A DNA stretch of 64,000 bases, from assembly GCA_965223265.1 (NCBI GenBank), contig OZ244999.1:4864001-4928000 (forward strand), read 5' to 3'. Of the stretch, positions 47,267 to 56,051 are shown one piece after another. The stretch comes from Planctomycetota bacterium. Lineage in GTDB: Bacteria; Planctomycetota; UBA8108; SXIK01. A program made the position numbers and the translations under genes. The notes under the pieces are model-generated. The model saw only the letters and a program-made list of their open reading frames with translations, was not told where the DNA came from and searched no databases. The first letter of the stretch is position 1, and each line of letters starts with the position of its first letter.

Positions 47267-48771
47267 TAGCGATGGGACTCTGTTCGTCGGCGCGGCAGCG
47301 TGACAAGGCGCCAGTGAACCGCCGAGACGACCGCGCCTGCAAGCAGCGTCACGGTCAATGAGGCCGGGGCGATCCATAGAAAGCTGATCAAGGCGGTGTC
47401 AGTGATTTTCGTACCGAAAGCGATCCAAAGAGACGTCATAGTACCGCAGAACATGCCGGCAAGAGCACCTGCAAGCGTTACAAATGGCATGAAGAGCGCC
47501 ATGACGAAGACTCCAAACAGCGGACCGATGAGAACGTTTGTCGTCCGCTTGGCGACGGCGAGAAAGTTCCCCGGCACTTCCTCCATCAAAGGAGACGCGA
47601 GAACGACCACAAGCCCAATGGCGAACGCCAGAGCCCGCGCGACGCGCAGCTGAAGAGTCGGCGAAAGTGGCTTCGAGCGCAGCTGCGGCAAGAAGTCGGT
47701 AACCACAACAGCGCTGATCGAATTGACGCCCGAGTCGAGACTCGACATCGCGGCGGCGAACATGCCCGCCATGACAAATCCCGAGACGCCCGGAGGCAAT
47801 TCGTGCGAGATGAAGCGTGGAAAGATGAGGTCGGCGCTGACGCCAAGGTTGGGGGCGGTACGGTAGTATCCCAGAAGGGCCAGCCCGACGAGCGCGAGGA
47901 GAGCCATGACGCCGCCGCCGGCAAGGCTGTTGGCGAGATACGAGCGGCGCGCCGAACGCGCGTCCTGAGTCGCCATAAAACGCTGGATAGCTGTCTGATC
48001 GGAACCCGCAGTGCAGACATGCCAGGTCGTCGCGGAGATCAAGACACCGAAGACGGAGGCGCGGACACGAGGATCGAGACTGAAAAATGGTTGCGTGTCC
48101 CAAGTCTCGACCCACGCGGTAGGAAACCAGTGAAACCCACCGACTCGAACAGTGATGGTCCCAAGAACAAGCAGCGTGCCACCGGCGAGCAAGGCGAACT
48201 GAATTGCGTCGGTGATCATGACCGCACGCAGGCCACCAAGGGCGGAATAGACGACAGCGACACCGCCGATCAGGAACGTGACGAGCGTTCGCGCTTCTGG
48301 CTCGAGGTCGAGCATCACCCGAAGGGCGTCCGCGATAAAGTAGACGAGAAGCGACATCCAAACGAGTCGAATAGCGACGAACGATGCGGCTCCAACGATC
48401 CGAGCGGGACGACCAAAGCGCGCACCTAAGATTTCGTAGGCGCTCGTGACGCGATGTTTCATCAACGCTGGAATGAGTAGGTAGCCGACGACTATGTACG
48501 CAAACGGGATCGCGAGCAGGCCTGCGAGCGTCGCCGGCCCCTTGGCGTACACTTCGCCCGGCGTCGAGAGAAACGTAATGGTGCTGAAGAGCGTCGCGAA
48601 GAGCGAAATGCCGACGAGGACTGGATTCATGCGACGATTGGCGACGAAGTACTCTTCGCCGCTCGACTGCCGCCGGCCGTAGTACCAACCGAGAGCGGTC
48701 ACGACAGCGACGTAAACGCCCACGATGGTGATATCAATCCAGTGAAGGCCGGGTGCGTCCGGGGGTGGCAC
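47266..48771 (-). CDS. Sodium:solute symporter (SSS) family transporter
   Basis: EEYFVANR, SLFATLFSTITF, GGLRAVMITDAIQ, DQTAIQRF, AAAMSSLDSGVNS; about 13 TM. Confidence 0.94.
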   Translation of the reverse strand: MPPPDAPGLHWIDITIVGVYVAVVTALGWYYGRRQSSGEEYFVANRRMNPVLVGISLFATLFSTITFLSTPGEVYAKGPATLAGLLAIPFAYIVVGYLLIPALMKHRVTSAYEILGARFGRPARIVGAASFVAIRLVWMSLLVYFIADALRVMLDLEPEARTLVTFLIGGVAVVYSALGGLRAVMITDAIQFALLAGGTLLVLGTITVRVGGFHWFPTAWVETWDTQPFFSLDPRVRASVFGVLISATTWHVCTAGSDQTAIQRFMATQDARSARRSYLANSLAGGGVMALLALVGLALLGYYRTAPNLGVSADLIFPRFISHELPPGVSGFVMAGMFAAAMSSLDSGVNSISAVVVTDFLPQLRSKPLSPTLQLRVARALAFAIGLVVVLASPLMEEVPGNFLAVAKRTTNVLIGPLFGVFVMALFMPFVTLAGALAGMFCGTMTSLWIAFGTKITDTALISFLWIAPASLTVTLLAGAVVSAVHWRLVTLPRRRTESHR

Positions 48772-49133
48772 GATGAAGTCTCTCCGTCAGCTTTGAGGAG
48801 CTTGTCGAATCGGGCGTTGATCGTAACGTTCCCATGTCCGATTGCGTACCGTGGAGCGGTCATGTGACTTCGTGCCCGAGCCCGTAGACGGGGCTGCGTG
48901 CCAGCGGTCGGTGTGTGAGTCCGACCGGGAGGCCGCTCCGGAATGCGTTTGCGTGGGCGTGGACATCTCCTATAGTAGCCGGCGCGCCACATGCCATCCG
49001 GTCTTGCGGGCGAGAGCTGGACGTACCGGTACTCTGCTGCTGACTCTCTATCTGCGTCTGATTCCGTATCCGTATCCGCCTCCCCGCCAAACCCACCGCG
49101 CCAACTAGTGCACGGCGGGCCAAGGCTCCCGAG

Positions 49134-49457
49134 TCAGCGCGTCAGTTTCCAGAGCATTGCCTGCAGCCGATCGACGTCCGCGAGCACCGCAGCAGCCTCG
49201 GCTTGATCAATGTAGCCCCATGCCTCAGCAACCTTGAGCGCCGTGCGCACTTCCTCGGCACTACCCGAAGCAATGCGCCAAAGATGCCCGCGGTCACGAC
49301 CCTGACGCCGATTTCCCTCGCCAAGGTTGAGCGCGACCGACGAACCAGCATCGCGCAGTTGAGCGGCCAGCTTCGAATCGTGACGACGGATGCTCGAGAC
49401 AAGGGGACGCAGCTGACGAACAATGCCAAAAGTGTGATCCAGAACGAGAAAGCTCAT
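49134..49457 (-). CDS. Four-helix-bundle protein (23S-IVP / Avd-like fold)
   Basis: 107 aa; LAAQLRDAGSSVALNLGEG...IASGSAEEV..AL...GY...LWKL fits the family consensus QLxRAxxSxxxNIAEG...AxGSxxE. Confidence 0.9.
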   Translation of the reverse strand: MSFLVLDHTFGIVRQLRPLVSSIRRHDSKLAAQLRDAGSSVALNLGEGNRRQGRDRGHLWRIASGSAEEVRTALKVAEAWGYIDQAEAAAVLADVDRLQAMLWKLTR

Positions 49458-49524
49458 GTGTGACTCCGGTAACGGCTGAGTGACCTGTCGCCGGCGCCCG
49501 ACGCGGCGGCGTTTCACTCCCGCC

Positions 49525-49603
49525 AACCGAAGCAGAGACGGGGTCAAGGGCGCGAAGCGCCGAGCGCAGCGAGGACACCCTTGAGGCCGGCTCTGCTTCG
49601 GTT
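49525..49603. other. 79-nt imperfect hairpin upstream of the four-helix-bundle gene
   Basis: AACCGAAGCAGAG / CTCTGCTTCGGTT (13-bp perfect outer stem) and TCAAGGG / CCCTTGA inner stem. Confidence 0.75.
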
Positions 49604-49605
49604 AA

Positions 49606-49764
49606 CAGCCCGTTGAAAAAGTCATTCGGCTGAGAAACCGGCCTCTTCACGCCCAGATCAGCCGCGGCGAGCCTCGAAAATCTCGGAGATTACCTGCGTT
49701 CGCCGCGGCCGATCTGGACGCGAAGCGACCAGTTTTCAGCTCGAAGCACTTTTTCAACAGGCTG
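49606..49764. mobile_element. 159-bp palindromic MITE flanked by TTAA
   Basis: Terminal inverted repeats CAGCCCGTTGAAAAAGT / ACTTTTTCAACAGGCTG (16/17); TTAA at 49602-49605 and 49765-49768; the interior is also self-complementary. Confidence 0.75.
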
Positions 49765-49850
49765 TTAAGATCGACCAAACCGCCGCCGAACGCACGCCCC
49801 GAGCAGCAGAGCTCTTCTCTACCTCCGGCTCGATCGCCGCGGCCGCACCG

Positions 49851-49970
49851 GTTTGCGTTTGCGTTTGCGTTTGCGTTTGCGTTTGCGTTTGCGTTTGCGT
49901 TTGCGTTTGCGTTTGCGTGGGCGTTTGCGTGGGCGTTTGCGTGGGCGTGGGCGTGGGCGTGGGCGTGGGC
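49851..49970. repeat. Hexamer microsatellite (GTTTGC)11 grading into (GTGGGC)n
   Basis: Direct reading; 20 in-phase units. Confidence 0.95.
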
Positions 49971-49971
49971 C

Positions 49972-50251
49972 GAAAGTAGCAGGCACACTCCCGTGTGCCG
50001 TCCGGTCTTGTGTGGGCGTGGGCTGAAAGTAGCAGGCACACTCCCGTGTGCCGTCCGGTCTTGTGTGGGCGTGGGCTGAAAGTAGCAGGCACACTCCCGT
50101 GTGCCGTCCGGTCTTGTGTGTGAGCGTGGGCGTGGGCGTGGGCGTGAGCGTGGGCTGAAAGTAGCAGGCACACTCCCGTGTGCCGTCCGGTCTTGTGTGG
50201 GCGTGTGCGTGGGCTGAAAGTAGCAGGCACACTCCCGTGTGCCGTCCGGTC
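49972..50251 (+). repeat. Array of five identical 36-bp REP-type direct repeats with hexamer spacers
   Basis: GAAAGTAGCAGGCACACTCCCGTGTGCCGTCCGGTC at 49972, 50025, 50078, 50157 and 50216; internal hairpin GGCACAC-TCCC-GTGTGCC. Confidence 0.93.
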
Positions 50252-50319
50252 CTGTGTGTGCGTGTGCGTGTGCGTGGGCGTGGGCGTGGGCGTGGGACCA
50301 GTACGCGGCCTGCGCCTCG

Positions 50320-50590
50320 GTCTCCGTCTCCGTCTCTGACCCGGTCTCCGTCTCCGTCTCTGACCCCGTCTCCGTCTCCGTCTCTGACCCGGTCTCCGTC
50401 TCCGTCTCTGACCCCGTCTCCGTCTCCGTCTCTGACCCGGTCTCCGTCTCCGTCTCTGACCCGGTCTCCGTCTCCGTCTCTGACCCCGTCTCCGTCTCCG
50501 TCTCTGACCCGGTCTCCGTCTCCGTCTCTGACCCCGTCTCCGTCTCCGTCTCTGACCCCGTCTCCGTCTCCGTCTCTGACCCCGTCTCCG
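50320..50590. repeat. 24-bp minisatellite, 11 copies plus a partial
   Basis: (GTCTCCGTCTCCGTCTCTGACCC[G/C])11. Confidence 0.95.
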
Positions 50591-50647
50591 CCCACCTCTC
50601 CCCGCTCTTCACCGCCGCCGAGCAATTGCCCTCGCCAAATCAAGCTG

Positions 50648-50675
50648 ATAAACTGGATACGCGGATCCAATTTAT
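50648..50675. promoter_or_regulatory. Putative Rrf2 operator 1 (autoregulatory)
   Basis: ATAAACTGGAT-acgcgg-ATCCAATTTAT inverted repeat 13 bp before the Rrf2 ATG. Confidence 0.7.
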
Positions 50676-50688
50676 GGAGCGAGCCCCG

Positions 50689-51132
50689 ATGCTCTCCCAG
50701 ACCACCGAATACGCCCTCCGAGCTGCGGTCTGCTTGGCGCGCGACTCCGAGGTCGCCAAGACGACAGCGGAGATCTCGCACGCCACGCAAGTGCCGAGCG
50801 CGTACTTGTCCAAAGTGCTCCAAGGGCTAAGCCGCGCCGGGCTGGTCAAATCGCAGCGTGGCCTCCACGGCGGCTTCATGCTGGCTGAGTCCCCGAGCCG
50901 GGTGACGATCCTCGCGATCATCGATGCCGTCGAACCGATCCGCCGGATCGAGACCTGCCCGCTCGATCTTCCCGGGCACGGAACGAAGCTCTGCGCGCTC
51001 CACAGTCGCCTTGATGATGCGATCGCCCATGTCCAGACAGCGTTCCGAACAACGACGCTCGCCGAGGTGCTCGAAGAGCGCGGCGGTGCCGTGGCGCTCT
51101 GTCCCGTGCCGAAAGAGAAAAAACGCACGTAG
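50689..51132 (+). CDS. Rrf2 family transcriptional regulator
   Basis: [48 protein letters not shown]. Confidence 0.95.
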   Translation: MLSQTTEYALRAAVCLARDSEVAKTTAEISHATQVPSAYLSKVLQGLSRAGLVKSQRGLHGGFMLAESPSRVTILAIIDAVEPIRRIETCPLDLPGHGTKLCALHSRLDDAIAHVQTAFRTTTLAEVLEERGGAVALCPVPKEKKRT

Positions 51133-51185
51133 GGGTGACTCAAGACACCCGCGTCATGAAATCCCCGCTCGTCCAATGATTGGGG

Positions 51186-52700
51186 CTACGTCGGCGTCGG
51201 CCCCCGTCTGAGAAGCTCCGTCAAGACTTCGCATTCCTCGACCCCGGTGACGCGCGCGTCGAGGCCTTGAAACTTCACCGACAGGCGATCATTGTTGATC
51301 CCGAGGCAGTGAAGAATCGTCTTGTTGATGTCGGCGATTTTGACGGGTCGCTCGACGATGTTGTAGCTAAAGTCGTCAGTCGCACCGAGTGTCACGCCGC
51401 CCTGGATGCCACCGCCGGCCATCCACATAGTGAAACAGCGAGGATGGTGGTCACGGCCATAGTCGTCGCGCTCCAGCTTCCCCTGGCAGTAAACGGTTCT
51501 GCCAAACTCGCCGCCCCACACGATCAGCGTGTCGTCGAACATTCCGCGCTGCTTGAGATCCCGGATAAGCGCCCACGTCGGTTGGTCGATGTCACGACAC
51601 TGATTACGGATATCCCGCGGCAGCTTGTTGTGCTGGTCCCAGCCGCGGTGAAAGATCTGGATGCACTGAACGTCACGCTCGGCGAGGCGACGTGCCAAGA
51701 GGCAGCTCGCGGCGAACGTCCCAGGCGTGTTGACGTCCGGTCCGTAGGCGTCGAGCACATGCTGCGGTTCCTGCGAAAAGTCTGTGAGCTCAGGAACCGA
51801 CGTCTGCATGCGAAACGCCATCTCGTACTGGGCCATGCGCGCGTTGATTTCGGGATCGCCGATGAGGTCGAAGCGTCGCGCATTGAGCTTGGCGAGTCCA
51901 TCGATGACCGCACGCCTCGTATCACCGTCGACACCGGGCGGATTCGACAGGTAAAGGACCGGGTCGCCCTTGGAGCGCAGCGCAACGCCTTGCATCTTCG
52001 ATGGCAGGAATCCAGAACCCCAAAGGCGCGAGTAGAGTGCCTGGGCACTCTTACGCCCTGTCCAAGTAGGCGTCATGACGACGTAGTTGGGGAGATTCTC
52101 GTTCGACACACCCAATCCGTAGGAAAGCCAGGCGCCAAGACTCGGCCACCCCGGAAGCTCACGCCCCGTCTGGATAAACGTGATCGCCGGGTCGTGATTG
52201 ATCGCGTTGGTGTAGACCGAACGGACAATCGCAAGATCATCGACGAGCTCGCCAGTGTAAGGCAGAAGCTCGCTGACCCAGGCGCCGCATTGGCCACGCC
52301 GATCAAACCGAAACATCGACGGGGCTAAGGGGAGCCTCTTCTGGCCCGAAGTCATCGTCGTGATGCGTTGGCCGCGTCGCACGGAATCGGGCAGGTCGCG
52401 GTCGAAAAGCTCGCGCAGACGCGGTTTGTAGTCGAAGAGATCGATCTGCGAAGGCGCTCCGCCCATGAATAAATAGATGAGCCGCTTCGCCGTCGGCGGA
52501 TGGTGTGGAAGACCGTCGAGACCGCCGACCCGCCTCGGGGCCGTGCTCGTCGCAGTATCGCCCGCCTCACCGCCCGCCGCTGCGCCGAGATGCCGCGTCC
52601 CCGCGAGCGACGCCAGGGTAGCGCAGGTTGCAGCCTGAGCGCTGCGCGTCAGAAGCTGGCGCCGCGTCAGGCGCAAGAGGAGGTCCGTTCGAGAATCCAT
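51186..52700 (-). CDS. DUF1501 domain protein (Tat-exported)
   Basis: [48 protein letters not shown]. Confidence 0.94.
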   Translation of the reverse strand: MDSRTDLLLRLTRRQLLTRSAQAATCATLASLAGTRHLGAAAGGEAGDTATSTAPRRVGGLDGLPHHPPTAKRLIYLFMGGAPSQIDLFDYKPRLRELFDRDLPDSVRRGQRITTMTSGQKRLPLAPSMFRFDRRGQCGAWVSELLPYTGELVDDLAIVRSVYTNAINHDPAITFIQTGRELPGWPSLGAWLSYGLGVSNENLPNYVVMTPTWTGRKSAQALYSRLWGSGFLPSKMQGVALRSKGDPVLYLSNPPGVDGDTRRAVIDGLAKLNARRFDLIGDPEINARMAQYEMAFRMQTSVPELTDFSQEPQHVLDAYGPDVNTPGTFAASCLLARRLAERDVQCIQIFHRGWDQHNKLPRDIRNQCRDIDQPTWALIRDLKQRGMFDDTLIVWGGEFGRTVYCQGKLERDDYGRDHHPRCFTMWMAGGGIQGGVTLGATDDFSYNIVERPVKIADINKTILHCLGINNDRLSVKFQGLDARVTGVEECEVLTELLRRGPTPT

Positions 52701-52708
52701 CGTCTACG

Positions 52709-55700
52709 CTACTCCTTGCTTACGGTCTCGTCGAGGTTCAGAAGCAGGTTGGCCGCGACCGTCCATGCGGCAAGCTCAACCGGTTCAACGTCGGCCGGCG
52801 GCGGCGACTCGCCGACAGCCACGAGCGCGCGAGCCGCCTCGCCGTCGCTGGCGAATCGAGAGCGGCTGGACGCACGGACTTCGAGAACGACCGCAACTTC
52901 GTCGTCGCTGGGGTTCCGGCCGACGACGAGACGGAATCCGAGTCGGGCGCGCTCCTCGTCCGAGAGTCCGTCGCGGCGCAAGAGGCGCGTGGCGAGATGG
53001 CGCGCGGCTTCCACGAACTGTTCGTCATTCATGAGCGTCAACGCTGCAAGCGGCGTGTTCGTCCGCGAACGTCGCACAGTGCACGTCTCGCGTGACGGAG
53101 CATCGAAAGCAACCATCGATGGAGGCGGCGCGGTTCGCTTCCAAAACGTGTACAGGCTGCGGCGGTAAAGGGACCTACCCGTGTCGCGCTGGTAGTTGGC
53201 AGTGTTGCTATCGGTGTAACCTACCGCCTTCCAGATGCCTGACGGCTGATAAGGACGCACCCCCTGCCCACCCAACGTGCGCACCAAAAGGCCGCTGGCG
53301 GCGAGAGCGCTGTCCCGGATGACTTCGGCATCCAGCCGATAGCGCGAACCACGTCCGAGAAGCCTGTTCTCCGGATCGGCACGGTATGCTTCGGCGCTGG
53401 CAACTGACGCCTGTTGATACGTCGCCGACGTCACGAGCATCCGCTGCAGCGCCTTGATGTTCCAACCGCGCTCGCGAAAGTCAGCTGCGAGCCAGTCAAG
53501 AAGGTGGGGATGGCTCGGTTGCTCACCCTGCGAACCGAAGTCCTCGGCCGTTTTCACCAGTCCGACGCCAAACAATTGCTGCCAAAAACGGTTGACGGTA
53601 ACGCGGCTGGTGAGTGGATGCTCCGGCGCCACCAACCATCGTGCCAGGTCGAGTCGGGTCGGGACGGCCCCGTCGTCGATGTCGCTCAGCGGCGGCAACG
53701 CTGCTGGGGTGTCGCGCTCGACGGGCTCGCCAGGCTTGTCATACTCACCTCGGGTGAGGACGAACGCAGGGCGCGGTTCGGCGCGCTCCTTCCAGACGAG
53801 TGAAGCGATCGGACGATCGAGCTCGAGGCCGTGCTGCTTGCGCGCAAGAACGGTGAGTTGGTCACGAACGCGGCGGTATTCGTCGTCGAAATGAGTCAGG
53901 TAGAACGCCTTCAGGCGTGCCGTCTGCGCTTCAGTGCGCTCCGCAGAGGGACTCCTGAGCAAGTCCTGAATCTCATGTTCATGGACGAGATCGCGGACTT
54001 CATCGGGATGAAGAGCCCGTCGCGCCACCCGCACCTCATCGACGATGCCATGAAACGCCGCGTCGCGACTGCGCCGCGCGACGCGTAGTGAAACCTCGGC
54101 GCGGAGAGATCCTTTCAGGCTGTCGTTCTGCGCCACCGTCGTCGCGGGGGCGCCGTCGATGTAGATCCGCACGCCCGCGGCCTCACCGGAGCCGTCGTAG
54201 GTCACGAAGAGGTGACGCCACGCGTCCGGCTCGATCTTTTCCTCGGTCTCGACTTTGATCGCATCGCTCGGCCAAGAGTGCGCTAAATGCGCCATGATGC
54301 GTCCGCGCGAGACGTAAAGGTCGAAGCCACGGTTGCTTTTTTCCTGATCGACGCGTGCCAGCACGGCGCCATGCCGATGCTTCGCATCGAGCTTGACCCA
54401 GGCCCCATAGGAAAACGCCTCGTCCCCATCGAAGTCTGCCACGTCGCCGAGATCGACATACGCCTCACCGCCGACGCGGACAGCGTCGCCAAACTTGCCC
54501 GCGACACGTTCAGCACCACCGGCGAACACCGCGTCTTCCGAAGGCCCGCCGCTGTTCAGGGAAAGATCGCCGGCGGCATCCGTCGCTGCAGCCGCGCCGT
54601 CGATCACCGCAGGAGAGGCGTCCTCGACGCCTGCCTTCGCGACCGCTCCGGGAGCGTCGAATGTCCAGCGCCCGACGAGCCCGAGCTCAGGCATCGCGGG
54701 CGCTGGCCCTTTCGATCTTGCTCGAGTCATGAGCCAGTTGTCGAACGCTGCTTCAGCAGCGGCGCCGCGCGCCTCGAGGTGCTGCCGCAGCTCCGCCGCC
54801 GACGCCTCGAGTGCAGCGAGCTGCGGACGGTGTTCGCGCCTCGCCGCGCGGAGGATAGGCTCCGGCAAGGGACGATTGCCGTCCATGACGGGGCCGTCGA
54901 GGTTGTTGAAAAACGCGAACAGCTGGTAGAAGTCCTTCATGCTGAACGGATCGAACTTGTGTTCGTGGCAGCGCACGCACCCCATGGAGATGCCCATCCA
55001 AACCGTCGACATGGTTGCAACTCGGTCGACGGTGTAGTGAACGTCGTACTCCGCAGGAATGACCCCACCTTCACTCGTCGTGACGTGGGCGCGGCAGAAA
55101 CCGGTTGCGATCCTCTGCTCGACCGTCGCCTCCGGCAGCAGATCGCCAGCGAGCTGCTCAACAGTGAACTGGTCGAACGGCATGTTGCGGTTAAACGCCT
55201 CGACAACCCAATCACGATACGGCCAGATCTGCCGCACGTTGTCGAGATGAAGTCCATGGGTATCACCGTAGCGCGCCGCGTCGAGCCAGTAGCGCCCCAT
55301 GTGCTCGCCGTAGTGCGGCGAGTCGAGAAGTCGGTCGACGACGCGGTCGTAGGCACCGGGGCGTGCATCGGCGAGAAAGGCGTCGACCTCCTCGGGTGTC
55401 GGAGGCAGTCCCGTCAAATCGAGAGTGACCCGCCGAATCAGCGTCGTGCGGTCGGCACGCGGCGAAGGTGCAAGCCCGTTTGACTCGAGGCGCGCCAAAA
55501 CAAAGTGGTCGATCGGTTGCTTGGGCCACTCTGATCTTTGCACCTGCGGAATCGCGGAACGGACCGGAGTCACGTACGACCAATGCTGCGCCCAAGGCGC
55601 GCCTTCCGCGATCCAGCGACGAACGAGCTCGATCTCCTCCGGTGAAAGATCTTTCTTCAGGCGCGGCGGTGGCATGCGTCGACTCTTGCGCGACGTGATC

Positions 55701-56002
55701 AACCGCGTGTAGACGAGACTCTGATCGGGCTCGCCGGGCACGACCGCGAACTCGTCCGAGTCCAACTCGGCGAACAGCCCTTCGCGCGTATCCAGACGCA
55801 GGTCTGCCTTGCGCTGCGCCTCGTCTGGGCCGTGGCAGGCGAAACACTTTTCCGCCAAAAGGGGTCTGATTTGACGCGCGAAGTCAACTCCGCCGTCGCT
55901 GGCAGCGACCTGCTGCGAAAAAGAAGTGACCGCGATCACGACCGTGACAAGGAAGGTGCCAACAGCAGGTGCTCGCGTTCCGCCGAGTCGATTCCATTGC
56001 AT
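52709..56002 (-). CDS. Planctomycete cytochrome c (PSCyt1) + DUF1549 + LamG + DUF1553 protein
   Basis: CFACHGPD, RRVTLDLTGLPP, WLDAARYGDT, CVRCHEHKFDP, LamG insert, HPLTSRVTVNRFWQ, RTNTPLAAL. Start trimmed to ATG 56002. Confidence 0.93.
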   Translation of the reverse strand: MQWNRLGGTRAPAVGTFLVTVVIAVTSFSQQVAASDGGVDFARQIRPLLAEKCFACHGPDEAQRKADLRLDTREGLFAELDSDEFAVVPGEPDQSLVYTRLITSRKSRRMPPPRLKKDLSPEEIELVRRWIAEGAPWAQHWSYVTPVRSAIPQVQRSEWPKQPIDHFVLARLESNGLAPSPRADRTTLIRRVTLDLTGLPPTPEEVDAFLADARPGAYDRVVDRLLDSPHYGEHMGRYWLDAARYGDTHGLHLDNVRQIWPYRDWVVEAFNRNMPFDQFTVEQLAGDLLPEATVEQRIATGFCRAHVTTSEGGVIPAEYDVHYTVDRVATMSTVWMGISMGCVRCHEHKFDPFSMKDFYQLFAFFNNLDGPVMDGNRPLPEPILRAARREHRPQLAALEASAAELRQHLEARGAAAEAAFDNWLMTRARSKGPAPAMPELGLVGRWTFDAPGAVAKAGVEDASPAVIDGAAAATDAAGDLSLNSGGPSEDAVFAGGAERVAGKFGDAVRVGGEAYVDLGDVADFDGDEAFSYGAWVKLDAKHRHGAVLARVDQEKSNRGFDLYVSRGRIMAHLAHSWPSDAIKVETEEKIEPDAWRHLFVTYDGSGEAAGVRIYIDGAPATTVAQNDSLKGSLRAEVSLRVARRSRDAAFHGIVDEVRVARRALHPDEVRDLVHEHEIQDLLRSPSAERTEAQTARLKAFYLTHFDDEYRRVRDQLTVLARKQHGLELDRPIASLVWKERAEPRPAFVLTRGEYDKPGEPVERDTPAALPPLSDIDDGAVPTRLDLARWLVAPEHPLTSRVTVNRFWQQLFGVGLVKTAEDFGSQGEQPSHPHLLDWLAADFRERGWNIKALQRMLVTSATYQQASVASAEAYRADPENRLLGRGSRYRLDAEVIRDSALAASGLLVRTLGGQGVRPYQPSGIWKAVGYTDSNTANYQRDTGRSLYRRSLYTFWKRTAPPPSMVAFDAPSRETCTVRRSRTNTPLAALTLMNDEQFVEAARHLATRLLRRDGLSDEERARLGFRLVVGRNPSDDEVAVVLEVRASSRSRFASDGEAARALVAVGESPPPADVEPVELAAWTVAANLLLNLDETVSKE

Positions 56003-56051
56003 GACGCTCGCTCTCCGTGAGACGGCTGACTCTTGGCTCCGGACCGTCGGC

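Noticed and set aside
49972-50251. CRISPR array
   Set aside because: Spacers are low-complexity, partly identical and of uneven length (17-43 bp); no cas genes or AT-rich leader; the repeat matches the dispersed REP family.
49647-50830. Low-complexity ORFs (ETETGS, HAHA, DGDGVR, SPSPSL, VSVSDP repeats), including an N-terminal extension of Rrf2
   Set aside because: These are stop-free translations of DNA tandem repeats in several frames; Rrf2 homology starts at ATG 50689.
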